A DNA stretch of 63,657 nucleotides, the filler included, from Octopus bimaculoides (taxonomy: Eukaryota), in the NCBI RefSeq assembly GCF_001194135.2. It is 7 parts of 6 records of this genome, joined end to end, with 100 filler letters (N's around TTAATTAATTAA, not from the genome) between each part and the next. Parts side by side here need not be neighbours in the genome. Positions count along the whole stretch, not along the records: positions 1 to 12,610 come from NC_068985.1; 6 more parts are not named here. One strand, given 5' to 3'. The first letter of the stretch is position 1; the number at the start of each line of letters is the position of its first letter. Position numbers and translations under genes: made by a program. The notes beneath the pieces were generated by a model. That model was given only the letters and a program-made list of their open reading frames with translations, was not told the origin of the DNA and did not search any database. Positions 1 through 12,278 of this stretch are shown one piece after another.

Positions 1-146
1 GGAGTGTTTATGCCCACGTAACTTAGCGGTTCGGTAAAAAGAAACCGATAGAATAAGTACATGGTTTACAAAGAATAAGTCCTGTTCCACTAAAGGCGGT
101 GCTCCAGCATGGCCGCAGTCAAAATGACTGAAACAGATAAAAGAAT
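1..146 (+). mobile_element. SINE family A, 3' part
   Basis: Matches the 3' half of the full copies (gtaacttagcggttcgg...ggtgctccagcatggccgcagtc...gactgaaaca). Confidence 0.85.
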
Positions 147-381
147 ATATATATAATATATATATAGAGAGAAAGAGACAGACAGACAGGGAGAGAGAGA
201 TTTAGATATACATTAACATATATATACACGCATACATGTGTGTTTGCATGAGTTTGTCTATGTGCATGTGTGCGTGTATATATATATATATATAGCTACA
301 CACACATGTATATATGTATATATGTATATATATATTTACACACATACATACATACATGCATACGTACATATAACACACACA

Positions 382-429
<48 letters not shown>

Positions 430-1340
430 ACATAATTATATATGCATGCTTATCTGTATGAGTTTGTATAGACGCATATATATGTATATATGTGTATATT
501 TGTGTGTGTGTGTGCCTTTATAATGTATGCATGTATTTGTATATGTGCATATATGTATGTGTGTGAGAGTGCGTGTGCGTATGTGTGTGTACGTATACAA
601 ACTCATACGTAGGCGCTTACACATCCGTTTTACACGCGCATACGGCCAGACACGACTAGATTGCACGCGCGCGCGCGCACTATCTTGCGTATAGATTTCT
701 ATTTACATTATGTAATTTGGAATTACATCTGAAAAAGAGTTCATGGAGAAATTTAGGAAAGACAAAACAACATATAGTGGCGGTAGTAGGGAAAAAGAGG
801 AGAAGGAAGGGGAGGGGANNNNNNNNNNNNNNNNNNNNNNNNNNNNNNNNNNNNNNNNNNNNNNNNNNNNNNNNNNNNNNNNNNNNNNNNNNNNNNNNNN
901 NNNNNNNNNNNNNNNNNNNNNNNNNNNNNNNNNNNNNNNNNNNNNNNNNNNNNNNNNNNNNNNNNNNNNNNNNNNNNNNNNNNNNNNNNNNNNNNNNNNN
1001 NNNNNNNNNNNNNNNAAGGAAGAGGGGAGTGGAAGGAAGAGTGGAGGAAATAAATGTTATGTATTTTCTTCTTTTTAATCATTCCGCCTCTTTCACTGCG
1101 TTTAGAAGTAACTTATGGATGTAATGCATTGATAAGAAAGAATACCAAAAAAGTTGTTGCTTTTTTTTTTCTTTCCCCACCTCAATTTTGTTTTTTTGTT
1201 TTTTTTTTATGTGTGTATGTGTTCAATGTGAAAATCATAAAGTCGGCAGCTGGGAAGACTAGAAATGTTGTGTGTTAGAAAACGGAGAGACTTCGTGGAG
1301 GATATACACATTAAGTTAACTGTCACCGTTTACTTCTCTA

Positions 1341-1844
1341 ATGCCGACTATCGGTAAATCTTCTTCTTCACACGCTGTCGCCATCGTCACCATCTCATGC
1401 GACAGTAGCCCCTCTGGTACCACCAATACCGACAACAACAGCAACAATATTGAAAACAGAACCAGTGTCTTCCGTGCTCCATCAGTGATTCCAGAATCAC
1501 CTGTATTACCACTAGCCCCGCGAACAACCCTATTATCGCCACCACCGCTAACCCTGCTGCTACCAACATCACCATCAACTCCACTACCGCCAACACCAAC
1601 ACCGTTATCATATCTGTTACTATTTTCTCTAGTAGTACCACCACTATTACCACTACTACCAGCATCACACGCAACTACAACGATAACAACCTCACTTCTA
1701 CCACCATCTCTACCGCAACTACCACCACCTTTACTGTCTCCTTCACTGACAACAACACCACTTCCTACACCAGCACCAACACCAACACTGCCACCGCCTC
1801 TATCATCATTACTATTAATACAAGCCTTGTTATCGCCATCATGA
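1341..1844 (+). promoter_or_regulatory. Pro/Thr/Leu-rich upstream ORF (167 codons) whose TGA overlaps the main ATG (ATGA); probably 5' UTR
   Basis: ORF track 1341..1844; weak start context (tctctaATG); built from degenerate ACC/ACT/ATC triplets, so the open frame may be passive. Confidence 0.3.
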
Positions 1845-4800
1845 CTTCGGCTAGCATCTCTGTTACCATTCCGGTTAGGTTGATCGCTGTGATCACAATT
1901 GCTGTGATACAATTTCTGGTCGCAGTGAGGACAGCATCGGCCCAGGATCTGTATGAAGGGGCTACACAGCAGTTACCTTCTGCAACAACATCTTTTGCCT
2001 CGGTTGACAATAGAACAGAAGAAGAAGCAGCGACCCAGTTGGCTCCATTACCACAAGAAAACTCCACGTTAGTTACTACCGACCAACCAGAATACACAGA
2101 CGTCACAATTTTAGACGAATCCATTTTAACGACACAGTTTCAAGAAATATCCACTGTCTCACAAAGAAACCAACCAGCTGATATTCATACTAATGGAAAT
2201 AATGAGAAGAAAAGCATTGACAAAAATGGTCGAGTTACGGATATTATTACCCAGAAGAACATTGTCGTTGACAAAAGCGATAATAAGATCGTTATACAAG
2301 CAGACAGAAAAGGTGGATTGAGAGAGGAAGCTGTTGCCAAAAATGACAGTTTTATAGAGGGACTTGTTAGTGACGATCATGGCGGTGGTGGTGGTGATGC
2401 TGGTATTCTTATGAAGAAAAGGATTTCAAAGAGTACTAAACAAAAGGCACAAGAACCGATAATTTTCAAAAGCGATTTGGATATTTTACAACAGCAATTA
2501 AAGCACCAAAACCAAGAACTCGCTGATCTTCGGATACGTCTTTCTGAAAGTGACATCGCTTTGATTGATATAGAAACGAAATTCTACAAATACTTACAAA
2601 CGGAAAGGTTGGTGTCAGATGGCACGGAACACGATAGAAATACTTTAAAGCAACGACTCTCTAATCAAGATACCAAACTGAAGCAATTACCGAGATTGTT
2701 CGATTGTCAAAACAGTTTTCCTAAAGAAGCTGACTTCGATATTTTTCGAAATCAAGTGGAAGATAACTTCAAGTCGGTATTAAAAGAATTGGATTATCTT
2801 CGAGCCTGGCGTCAAGATTATTTGAAACAAACAACAGAGTTAACTGCGACTGAAGCTTTTGAAAATACTTTTCAGTCTGCCTCGGTGCCTAGTGAACAAT
2901 CTGAAAGGGACAAATTCAAAGAGATTAAGGGTAACAGTTCTATGGATTTACAAACAAATACAAGCAAAGATTTCGAGAATTTAAGTTTAGAAAATAACTC
3001 AATATCGAAACATATGTTTGCAACACATCTGAAACATGATTTCTCAAACATAACGTCACAAACAGACGACATTACTGAGTCTACAGAAACTTTTAATATC
3101 ACTGAAGACAAGAAAATTGAAGAATTTGTGTATCTCGAAAAGCTACTACAGGAAATAAACCAAAAAGTAGATACTGCACACACACGCCTTGATAACTTGG
3201 AAGAAAACATGATACTATCTATGGAGAATGTTTCACAAATATTAAGCTTATCGCAAGAAATTTTAAATGGAAATATTACGTTCCTCCAGTTCCAGATTAA
3301 CCAAATTTTTGCTCGACTTGAATCAAAACAAAATCAGTCTGAAATTAATATTTATTATGAAGAGCTTAAACCAAATTTTACTAGACTTATTAATGAAGTT
3401 TATCAGGAACTGAAGACAGCAAACACCATCGAGCGAAGTTACAATGACACGGCAGATACCTATGTTTTACCTTTAAAAAACAGTTCTAAAGTTGTTGGAA
3501 ATGTTAGCAGACCATTCGATTATACCATTAATGCAAGCTGGAATTTTACAAATATTTCTCAAATAAATGGAGAAGAAGCATATAACGATTTTTCTTCTGA
3601 ACTGATTAGTATTAAACAAAATTTTACTGAACTTTACCGCAAGGTTGAAAATGTTGATTCCAATTATGCTGATGTTTCTCAACGCCTAGATCGTTTTTCT
3701 CGCCAGTTGTCTTCCATTATGACACGACTAGAACAGGATACGGATCATCAGAATGGATTATCTTTGAATAAATTATCACTCAAAAGTAAAAGCGTTTCGA
3801 GTCATTTAGATGTTTTAAACGAAGATTATAAGAAAGATGTAGGAAACTTGGATTCTAAACAAAGTACTGGATTGAAATCAAATGAAAGTTTCTTCCAAAG
3901 TACAGAGTATTTAGAATCGACATATTTTCCCAACACGTCAACAACTTTCCAAAATAAAACCGAAGATAAACTATTCAAATGGATATCTAGAAATTTTTTT
4001 AGAAATATAACTTCTGATCAGTTTTTAACACTTTCGGATATTTCCGAGACAAGTAAGACAGGCGAAAATGCTTTGTGTTATAATTTCTCAGATGTAAACG
4101 ATTCAGATTCTGAAGTATCAATATTGAAAACCTTTTTGGAACATTTAGGATCTATGTTAATAGAAGTTAAAAACCATTTAAATATAATGTGTTCTGAAAC
4201 GAACCGAACATCGGATCGTTCCGAGAAAGAAACGACGATAAATTCTTCTAGTGTTGAGAGCGAAACATTTTACGGGAATATTACAGAAAATTCAGCAACT
4301 TCTGAAAACATTACTTTTCCAGACGAGTCTTTTGACACTCGAGGGAACTCTACGTTTTTATCGTCTATTAAAAGTACCCATAGCGGAATAAAACACAATA
4401 TAAATAAAAATCATTCTGCACTCCATAATTCTACTATGCATAGCTTTGAAGAAACAGAAGGAAAAGAAAACAAAACAGTCGTGGAATTGGAGCAATATAT
4501 GTTTTCTTTAGGTGATATGGAAAATGAAACTTTACCTGGACATAATTTTTCTGGAGTAACTCATTCAAAACATTTGGAACGTATCTACTTTGAAATTAAA
4601 ACCCTTAGTTTAAGGATTGACGTACTTGAAAATAAACTTCTTTTGTTGAATAAGGAGCCTTTTGCAGACATGGAAGCAAACAAAACTATTCCTTTCGTTG
4701 GAAGCGACTACAGAGGGTCAGGATCTTTAGATTCAGAGCTTACTGAGGACCAGGATGTTTTACAAAACTTAATTTCTAACCTAACTCAAATTCAGAAACG

Positions 4801-5225
4801 CTTCGAATGTTTAAATTCAAATGTGCAGCTCCAAGAAAAACAATTGTCAAGTGTAAAAATGAATATGTTTAAATTAAACGAAAGAGTTGAGCATTTCACT
4901 CGGGAAAATTCAGGACGAGAGACCGAAAGCATTATGTTCACTGTTGAAAACACTAAAGATGATATAAGTAAACTTATTGAAGATATGTCCGAAATATCAC
5001 GCCAGGTTTCATCATTTTCAGAGCTCAATTTAACTGATACTCTTAGAAATGTAAAGTGCCATTTAGAAGAACATCAAACGGAGATAAGGAATCTGAAAGA
5101 AGTAATGGAATACCAAAATGAAAATAAATCGATGGTTTTCTGGAAACGGCAACCTGTCGAGGAAAAAATATTATACGTTGGTGTCCAGGAGCATAAGCGA
5201 CAAAAGGATTTGAACAAAACAATTG
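1841..5225 (+). CDS. Large coding exon of a secreted or cell-surface, coiled-coil, heavily N-glycosylated protein (5' part of a multi-exon gene; about 1128 aa encoded here)
   Basis: Stop-free 3385-nt frame in AT-rich DNA. ATG in gccatcATG context; hydrophobic leader ending TASA|Q at residue 34/35. Several heptad-like amphipathic segments (e.g. LEKLLQEINQKVDTAHTRLDNLEEN, LQNLISNLTQIQKRFECLNSNVQLQEKQL). About 41 N-x-S/T sequons and 5 Cys. Ends at ATTG|GTAAGT (phase 1), followed by a (TACA)n intron, so the ORF-track extension to 6214 is intron read-through. Confidence 0.9.
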
Positions 5226-6294
5226 GTAAGTTCACCTATTTTCATTTTACCGCAAAATGTATTTATCAATCTATTTACGTGTATATACATACATACATAC
5301 ATACATACATACATACATACATACATACATACATACATGCATATATATATATATATATANNNNNNNNNNNNNNNNNNNNNNNNNNNNNNNNNNNNNNNNN
5401 NNNNNNNNNNNNNNNNNNNNNNNNNNNNNNNNNNNNNNNNNNNNNNNNNNNNNNNNNNNNNNNNNNNNNNNNNNNNNNNNNNNNNNNNNNNNNNNNNNNN
5501 NNNNNNNNNNNNNNNNNNNNNNNNNNNNNNNNNNNNNNNNNNNNNNNNNNNNNNNNNNNNNNNNNNNNNNNNNNNNNNNNNNNNNNNNNNNNNNNNNNNN
5601 NNNNNNNNNNNNNNNNNNNNNNNNNNNNNNNNNNNNNNNNNNNNNNNNNNNNNNNNNNNNNNNNNNNNNNNNNNNNNNNNNNNNNNNNNNNNNNNNNNNN
5701 NNNNNNNNNNNNNNNNNNNNNNNNNNNNNNNNNNNNNNNNNNNNNNNNNNNNNNNNNNNNNNNNNNNNNNNNNNNNNNNNNNNNNNNNNNNNNNNNNNNN
5801 NNNNNNNNNNNNNNNNNNNNNNNNNNNNNNNNNNNNNNNNNNNNNNNNNNNNNNNNNNNNNNNNNNNNNNNNNNNNNNNNNNNNNNNNNNNNNNNNNNNN
5901 NNNNNNNNNNNNNNNNNNNNNNNNNNNNNNNNNNNNNNNNNNNNNNNNNNNNNNNNNNNNNNNNNNNNNNNNNNNNNNNNNNNNNNNNNNNNNNNNNNNN
6001 NNNNNNNNNNNNNNNNNNNNNNNNNNNNNNNNNNNNNNNNNNNNNNNNNNNNNNNNNNNNNNNNNNNNNNNNNNNNNNNNNNNNNNNNNNNNNNNNNNNN
6101 NNNNNNNNNNNNNNNNNNNNNNNNNNNNNNNNNNNNNNNNNNNNNNNNNNNNNNNACAAGGATATCTTCTGGATATCCTTGTTGCTTATTTTGATTTTAA
6201 TCACCTTACTTTGAAATTGTATGGATAATGCCCTACTAAATTCTGGTGCCTCAACTTAAGTACCATATTCATCTGAATCTAAATTTTTGCTATG

Positions 6295-6326
<32 letters not shown>

Positions 6327-6370
6327 GGTGTGTGTGTGTGTGTGTGTAAGCATGTATGTATGTATGTATG

Positions 6371-6404
<34 letters not shown>

Positions 6405-6496
6405 TATATGTATGTATGTATGTATGTATCTATGTATGTATGTATGCATGTATGTGTGTATGCATGTATGAATGTATGGTTGTATGTATATATTCA

Positions 6497-6736
6497 TGTG
6501 TGTGTGTCTTTGTGTCTGTGTTTGTTCGCCACCCACAATCGCTTGACAACCGATGTTGGTGTGTTTACGTTGCGTAACTTAGCGGTTCGGAAAAACAGGC
6601 CGATAGAATACGTGCCTGGCTTACAAAGATTAAGATCCAGGATTGATTTCTTCGACTAAAGAAAAAACCCTTTAAGGCGATGCTCCAGCATGGCAGCAGT
6701 CAAATGACTGAAACAAATAAAAGACTAAAAGAATAA
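6497..6736 (+). mobile_element. SINE family A, 3' half
   Basis: Same diagnostic motifs as the copy at 18536-18950, in forward orientation. Confidence 0.85.
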
Positions 6737-6831
6737 ACACTTGAAACAGCCTTATTCTAAGATACCTGTGTGTATAACACATAATATATATACAAGCGTG
6801 GAAAAGCACCAACAGAAATATTTTGTCTTAG

Positions 6832-6911
6832 AGAAACTTTTCAAAGACACAGTGTTTCGGCCTGATTTGATCATCTCAGTACCAAATATCCCAGATGTTC
6901 TGAGCCAAGCC
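6832..6911 (+). CDS. Candidate exon 2 of the 1841 gene (phase 1 to 0; (E)KLFKDTVFRPDLIISVPNIPDVLSQA)
   Basis: Acceptor atattttgtcttag|, donor gcc|gtaaat; phase matches the exon-1 donor; frame open. No transcript evidence. Confidence 0.3.
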
Positions 6912-6981
6912 GTAAATGTTTGTTCCTGTAGCTATATATCTGTTATTTGATTTTCTTTTAAGTATCTCTTATAAACTTGGA

Positions 6982-7372
6982 GTGGAGGCGCAATGGCCCG
7001 GTGGTTAGGGCAGCGGACTCGCGGTCATAGGATCGCAGTTTCGATTCCCAGACCGGGCGTTGTGAGTGTTTATTGAGCGAAAACGCCTAAAGCTCCACGA
7101 GGCTCCGGCAGGAGATGGTGGCGAACCCTGTTGTACGCTTCCATCACAACTTTCTCTCACTCTTACTTCCTGTTTCTGTTGTGCCTGTAATTCAAAGGGT
7201 CAGCCTTGTCACACTGTGTCACGCTGAATATCCCCGAGAACTTCGTTAAGGGTACACGTGTCTGTGGAGTGCTCAGCCATTTGCACGTTAATTTCACGAG
7301 CAAGCTGTTCCATTGATCAGATCAACTGGAACCCTCGACGTTGTAAGCGACGGAGTGCCAACAACAACAACA
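6982..7372 (+). mobile_element. Full-length tRNA-derived SINE family B with 43-bp TSD
   Basis: A box tggcccggtgg and B box gtttcgattcc; (CAA)n tail; identical 43-mers at 6939-6981 and 7382-7424. Confidence 0.92.
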
Positions 7373-7924
7373 AATTTCGGCTCTGTTATTTGATTTTCTT
7401 TTAAGTATCTCTTATAAACTTGGAATTGGTCTCTGAGTAAATAACACAATTTCTTCAATTGAAATTTAGTCGGCAACATGAATGAAAACTATATAGTGGA
7501 CCTCAGCAAAATATTGGCTCTTTGTTACAATCTCACTTACGAATCTTCAGTTCTCTTTTATATTATTTGTAAAATTTATTATTGCTTAAATATTTGAGGA
7601 CATAAACAAATATCTCAATGTTTATAGATACATAATACGCTCATACTGCTACAGGTGCAGTTTAACACTGAGTTAACCATGGTCGTATAGAACTGTGATG
7701 AAAGATATTCAAATCGCAACATTCCTATCCTTACGAATATCTAGAAAGACTTTGAAGAACGTCAGTTATTTATTTTAAGACAGTAGTGAGATCAAATCTG
7801 CACATACATACGTACGTACGTACATACATACATACATACATACATACATACATACATACATACATACATACGTACGTACGTACGTACGTACGTACATATG
7901 TACGTACATATATGGCACTCCTTA

Positions 7925-8228
7925 AGTTACAACGATGGTTCAAGTTGATCCAATCAACAGAACAGCTGCTCACGAAATCAACATGCAAGTAGCTGAGCAC
8001 TCCACAGGCACGCGTTCCCTCAACGTAATTCTCAGGGAGATTCAACATGACACAGAATGTGACACGGCTGGCCTTTGAATTTCAGGTACTACTCGTTTCT
8101 GTCAGCTGAAGGGGGTAACGTGAAATAAATTGTCTTGCTCAAGGGCACAACGCGCCGAAGGGCATCGAACTCACGACCTTATGATTTTGTGACCCGATTA
8201 CTCTAACCACTGAGCCTCGCGCCTTCAC
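7925..8228 (-). mobile_element. SINE family B-prime (shares the 3' half of family B, different tRNA head)
   Basis: Reverse complement carries gatcaacttgaacc...cgttgtaac and a tRNA-like head with gttcgatg. Confidence 0.75.
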
Positions 8229-9809
8229 GTGCATACATAAATACACACATACTTGCTGGATTTGTATATTATATCTGTGAGTGGAATGTACAAAACTCTA
8301 TAGTATCAACGCTATATTTTGTACCGCACACATACAGACAAATAGAAATACGCCCACAGACATACGCGCACACACATACACTCAGATATATACACACTTT
8401 CATACACACACGCACACACACACACACTTACACACACGCACGCACACATACACCAACACTCGCATGTACACCCGCATTTATGTACACACAAACTCACGCG
8501 ACAAACCAGTAAATTTTCTTTGACTATGAGCAGCTGTTTATCACAGATATACATCTATTTGGTAAGATTTGTTTTCCGCAATATTTACCAATAATGTTTT
8601 GGTTGGCAGTTAGAATGAACAAGAAAAACATTTCGACGTAGCTCTAACTTCTTTTTTATTTTCTTAATTCATTGCCGGCTCTTGTTGCACTTACCGAGCG
8701 CCGCTTTGTGTATCTTGGATACGTGCAGCACTGTAGGTTTTATATTTTAATTTTTGCATACTATTCCAGTCATGGGCAAACTACGGCGCGTGGGACTTAT
8801 TGAACGGCACGCATAAATAAAAATTACCTTCAATTTTGTTTAGTAATGTGTCTCACCTGATCATGATTCATGTCTGTAAACAGTTCGCCTGTGCTTGTAT
8901 TTCTTCTATTGAAAGTACCCTGCACAGTATCTTTGACGTGACTAGTAGCGATATTTTTTGCATGTTGAGTCTATTTGTAAATCCCGACTTTTAAGCTATG
9001 TCCGCACCATTCTTTATTGTTTATGTTGTTTTTTTTATCAACTATATCAGTGTTTCTCAACCATTCTTTACCTATGGGCCCCTTTGACTCCAACGATACA
9101 TGCATGTACCCTCCCAGTCATTCGATGTTTAAAATATCCTATTGTATTTCTATAATCAAATGTCATAATTTTAAAGATCTTTTGTGTATTGTAGAAGTAT
9201 AACAACAAAATCTGTATGAACCCCAGTTGAAAACCATTGATCTATATTATTAGTTTTCAGTTTATCTCTATTTCCCCGCCGTTATATTTGGTTAATTCAC
9301 CGAATTTGTGGAATGACACATTAGTATTTATTGGGATTAATACCTCGATGAGAAGACATTTCTTTTTTACAGGATTTCTAACAGTGATGAATTTACTAAC
9401 CTTGATCTCTCTGTCGGTCCCAGAGATCGCTTCCGGTGACTGTTTGTATCACCTCTTTCTATAATACATAAATCTATCAAAATTTGACAAAGCGGTCAAA
9501 ACTCTGTAAAACCCCCAACTCTGTCTTGCCTGAAAATGTATTCTTTCTTGGCTAAGACTGGACACTCTTGACTAGTTTACGGACACTCTGATAGGCGGAA
9601 AATCAAATCTATATATAGCTGCCATATGTCAAAGAACAAAGGCGCTGAAAACAAAATGTTAATGACATCCTGTTTTTACCCGAGAATTGGTTGGTCCAGT
9701 TCCTTGCTGATGCCATCAACCCTTGACAAAATCCTGTTTGCACTATTGTTGCTTTTTATATGTAAATACAATGATTCGAGCACAAGTTGCTTTATTCCAT
9801 TAAAAATGT

Positions 9810-10290
9810 TATGCATAGAATGACATTAATACGTGACATTGTGTTTGGAGAATGTGGTATGGTTTTTATGGGGAGTCTTGTGTTTTTACTTTTTTTTTGT
9901 TGTATTCTTTATCACAGCTCGTGTTCCAGTTATTATTGGTACTATTTTTACTGTTATATTCCACATTTATTTATTGCTTATTTATATTTCAAGGTCCTTG
10001 TACTTGGCTATCGTCTCGATTTTTTTCTGGGCGATGTTTAGATCAGAAGTGACTGTGATGTCCATTAGAGTACAGATATTTTTGTGCACAATGCAGAAAA
10101 GAAACAAGAAGCCTAGGTTCCTATCTTTGATAACTGTAATTGAACGGTTCATTGACCGTATTGATAAGCATGTTCCTGTTTATTGCAGCTAGACAGTTGT
10201 CATACATTGCTTATGTACATCTTTCTACCGTTTGTCCATTTCTATGCCAAAGTGTTGTGCCTTTTGTATTTCTTTTATATTTTGTGGGGC
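9810..10290 (-). mobile_element. Degenerate R4/Dong-like non-LTR retrotransposon, REL-endonuclease region
   Basis: Minus translation AQHFGIEMDKR*...ICTLMDITVTSDLNIAQKKIETIAKYKDLEI*ISNK*MWNITVKIVPIITG fits the C-terminal pattern D.x.P.x.D.N...KYxDL...MW...PII.G of R4-clade elements; several stops. Confidence 0.75.
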
Positions 10291-10576
10291 CGGATCCAAA
10301 TTCTGGCTCTCGAACATTTCTTCAAAGCGATACACGAAGGCTCCGTTGTCATAGCCAAAACTTGTGAACGAGAGTGAACGCCGTTCTAAGGGTTCGGGTG
10401 GCTGAGACGCAATGTGGAAGCAAAACAATTCGATCTTTCACAAACCAGAAGATGCAAATGCTACTTGGTTTCAAACAGCTGTGTCCATCTCTGCATCAGC
10501 CCTTTGCTCGACTGTGAACGATGGGTCGAGGAGACGTTAGTACACTCTAGCGTCCACCTCGGCGGAAATTTAAATA

Positions 10577-11129
10577 CAGTAATCCCTCGACTATCGCGGG
10601 TATTACGTTCCAAAAACCCCCGCGATAGATGAAAATACACGATGAAAATACACGATAAATGAAAATACACGATAGATGAAAATACACGGTAGATGAAAAT
10701 ACACGATGTAGAAAAAGTACTGTATATTTTTTAATTATTCTTATAATTTGTATATATTTATTATATTATAAATGCAGAGCAATATCACACACTCGCCTCC
10801 CGCGTTTTGTTTTCCATACAGTATGTGTGATTCTTTGTTTACTCATCTATGGTACATTACGTATTTTCTTTTGACATATTTTAATTGATGTGTTATACTG
10901 TGCAGTACTGTACTGTATTTCTATTTATTGATTTATTAATTTTTAGGCGTGAAACTGCTTATTTTACCACAGAAATAATTAAAATCTAAAAAAATATAAA
11001 TACCTATCGGCCGCAGCAACCCGCGATGTACTGAAGAATACGCGATATAAATTTACATATATTAGCCAGAAAAATCCGCGATGTACTGAGGGCGCGATAG
11101 GTGAACCGCGATATGGCGAGTGATTACCG
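10577..11129. mobile_element. Tigger/pogo-like MITE (Tc1/mariner superfamily)
   Basis: Left TIR cagtaatccctcgactatcgcgg after TA; right end ccgcgatatggcgagtgattaccg is its imperfect reverse complement; subterminal ccgcgat motifs. Confidence 0.8.
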
Positions 11130-12108
11130 CACACTGATAAAGATCATGGTCCCCTAAGGAGAAACTGCTTTTAGCCCAAAGCTTTTGCACTTTTGCTGAC
11201 TTTCACACTGGTTTGCTTTCTCAGTTGAACCTTGAGGAATATTAGCCATGACGTGGTCTTTCTCTAATGTTTTTTTGTTTTTGTTTTTTGTGTGTGTGTG
11301 GCTGTGTGGCAAGAACTTNNNNNNNNNNNNNNNNNNNNNNNNNNNNNNNNNNNNNNNNNNNNNNNNNNNNNNNNNNNNNNNNNNNNNNNNNNNNNNNNNN
11401 NNNNNNNNNNNNNNNNNNNNNNNNNNNNNNNNNNNNNNNNNNNNNNNNNNNNNNNNNNNNNNNNNNNNNNNNNNNNNNNNNNNNNNNNNNNNNNNNNNNN
11501 NNNNNNNNNNNNNNNNNNNNNNNNNNNNNNNNNNNNNNNNNNNNNNNNNNNNNNNNNNNNNNNNNNNNNNNNNNNNNNNNNNNNNNNNNNNNNNNNNNNN
11601 NNNNNNNNNNNNNNNNNNNNNNNNNNNNNNNNNNNNNNNNNNNNNNNNNNNNNNNNNNNNNNNNNNNNNNNNNNNNNNNNNNNNNNNNNNNNNNNNNNNN
11701 NNNNNNNNNNNNNNNNNNNNNNNNNNNNNNNNNNNNNNNNNNNNNNNNNNNNNNNNNNNNNNNNNNNNNNNNNNNNNNNNNNNNNNNNNNNNNNNNNNNN
11801 NNNNNNNNNNNNNNNNNNNNNNNNNNNNNNNNNNNNNNNNNNNNNNNNNNNNNNNNNNNNNNNNNNNNNNNNNNNNNNNNNNNNNNNNNNNNNNNNNNNN
11901 NNNNNNNNNNNNNNNNNNNNNNNNNNNNNNNNNNNNNNNNNNNNNNNNNNNNNNNNNNNNNNNNNNNNNNNNNNNNNNNNNNNNNNNNNNNNNNNNNNNN
12001 NNNNNNNNNNNNNNNNNNNNNNNNNNNNNNNNNNNNNNNNNNNNNNNNNNNNNNNNNNNNNNNNNNNNNNNNNNNNNNNNNNNNNNNNNNNNNNNNNNNN
12101 NNNNNNNN

Positions 12109-12157
<49 letters not shown>

Positions 12158-12278
12158 CTTACTTGTTGACAAAAGTTATAGAAATACGTAGCGTTGCATT
12201 AAATAATAAGTTAAAAGCATATAATAAATACACAAACAAACGGGAAACGGATACAGAAGGTCGCCAACTCTTCACCAG

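Noticed and set aside
202-666. ORFs rich in YI/HT/CV repeats (and dozens like them across the window)
   Set aside because: Translations of (TA), (CA), (TG) and (TACA) microsatellites or of N gaps.
5226-6214. C-terminal ~330 aa of the 1457-aa ORF in the track
   Set aside because: Lies past a canonical GTAAGT donor and consists of (TACA)n and N bases; it is intron read-through.
6982-7055. tRNA-like sequence
   Set aside because: It is the head of a SINE, continuing into the SINE body and tail; the same applies to the family A and B-prime heads. No true tRNA gene was seen.
8767-8830. hAT-like terminal sequence cagtcatgggcaaactacggc (similar fragments near 16970, 26315, 36320, 56945)
   Set aside because: No matching second TIR or 8-bp TSD found; too fragmentary to delimit.
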